The notes below the pieces were generated by a model that had not been told where the DNA came from, did not search any database, and worked only from the letters and a program-made list of their open reading frames with translations. This document shows, piece after piece, positions 62,527 to 64,000 of a stretch of 64,000 nucleotides of DNA. How positions within the stretch are numbered: the stretch's first letter is position 1; the number at the start of each line of letters is the position of its first letter. The stretch is from Octopus sinensis (lineage: Eukaryota). The position numbers were made by a program, and so were the translations under genes. The stretch lies in assembly GCF_006345805.1 (NCBI RefSeq), contig NC_042998.1:28892001-28956000 (forward strand). Direction: 5' to 3'.

Positions 62527-62933
62527 GGCGCAGGAGTGGCTGTGTGGTAAGTAGCTTGCTTACCAACCACATGGTTCCGGGTTCAGTCTCACTGCATGGC
62601 ATTTTGGGCAAGTGTCTTCTACTATTGCCTCGGGCTGACCAAAGCCTTGTGAGTGGATTTGGTAGATGGAACCTGAAAGAAGCCTGTCGTATATATGTAT
62701 ATGTATGTATATATATATATGTGTGTGTGTTTGTGTGTCTGTGTTTGTTCCTCCAACATCGCTTGACATCGCTGGTGTGTTTACGTCCCCGTAACTTCGC
62801 AGTTCGACAAAAGAGACCGATAGAATAAGTACTAGGCTTACAAAGAATAAGTCCTGGGGTCTATTTGCTCGACTAAAGGCAGTGCTCCAGCATGGCTGCA
62901 GTCAAATGACTGAAACAAGTAAAAGAGTAAAGA
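62527..62933 (+). mobile_element. Family B/C SINE
   Basis: Full length. Confidence 0.9.
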
Positions 62934-64000
62934 GTATTGTGGAAGAATAACCAATCTAGTTCACATAATTTTACCAAAAAAACCTTATATGAACATCCCA
63001 GGGTCATAAGATTCCGCAGATGAGAGCCACTGATCTAAAGTTTCATGCCAAGACATTTGTCTGAGTTAGATAAGTTCCTTACTTGGAATTATGAAGATTT
63101 ATATATAGAAGCTGGGTGTGCAGATGTATGTGTTTCTTGGCCATGAAGTGGTAATAAAGTATCATATTGGCATAACTCCGATAAATTCTTTGTTTTTTCT
63201 TATCTGCTAAGAAAGAAAGTAAAGAAAAGAAAAACTGAGAAAGGAAAAAAAGAGACACTGCCAGGAACCCCATAAACTAACAGAGTTTGATGCAAAAAAA
63301 AAGAGAAATTGGTGATATTACATTGTGAAGCCAGCGATATCTTTACTCATGTGGTGACTGCCTAGATAATTAAGTTTAGAGCTCGTAAATAAGTTCGTCA
63401 ATTTTATAGCAGTGTTCTACCATTGTATTTTTGGAAACTAGCAAAGGTTTAAAAGTTTCTGTGCATGCACATTTGAATTTTAAAAAATGGATCTGGTTTT
63501 GTTTTATTTTGCTTTTATAATTCTTTTTGTGTTTTTTCTTGTCATTTTTACATTGTTATTTTGTCTCAGAATTTTCTCTTCTTGGTTATTCTTAAATTCT
63601 TTGTTCCACATTTTTGTGACTTTGTGCATTCTTTTATTCCCTTCCATTGTTTTAATCTCTTTTAATCCATTATTCACTTTCCATTTTTTTGTAGTTCATA
63701 TAATCTGCCTATTTTTTTTTTCTATGTCATTCATTTCACCCCCATTTTTAGTCCAATTTGTGAGAACTACAATTAATTAAATCTTTAATTAGATCAAAAA
63801 TGTGCTTCTGATAATGAGGGTTCATAATATTATCACTGATTTCCAGAACAGTTTGTTTATTGCTTGGATTCTTCCTTAGTAGCCTCCTGTTTGTTAGAAT
63901 ATCACACTGCTCTAAGCAGTGTTTAGTTTAGGAATTCCTGTCAGTTTAGTTACAATAAAAGCACTAATAACACAATACAGCCTTGCCTTCGCTTCTATCA

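Noticed and set aside
63083-63203. Minus-strand exon candidate with a strong acceptor, open frame KKKQRIYRSYANMIL... and AA|GTAAGG donor
   Set aside because: No recognisable protein similarity and no consistent neighbouring exons; needs RNA-seq.

Overview
AT-rich, microsatellite-saturated animal genomic DNA. Its SINE families and (TA)n/(CA)n/(TAA)n/(GAT)n load look like an octopus or other coleoid cephalopod; this is inferred from recalled repeat motifs, not a database search. I found no convincing host protein-coding exon, tRNA, rRNA or CRISPR, and most listed ORFs are microsatellite or SINE read-throughs, so the window is probably a long intron or intergenic DNA. It holds three high-copy short retroposon families (A, B/C, D); fossils of RTE, L1/Tx1, HERO-like and Dong/R4-like LINEs and Penelope-like elements (PLEs); several mariner/Tc1, pogo/Tigger, hAT and TTAA/piggyBac-type MITEs; and a non-autonomous Helitron. 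Main points of interest: (1) hammerhead-ribozyme motifs in the terminal repeats of at least two PLE families, one directly downstream of a tRNA-like Pol III head; (2) a 98.8% identical fold-back palindrome with 246-bp arms, plus a second fold-back; (3) a strong recursive-splice-site (AG|GT ratchet) motif on the minus strand at 2907/2908; (4) a MITE dimer and a SINE dimer that each appear to have moved as a unit. Element boundaries were read by eye and may be off by several bases.
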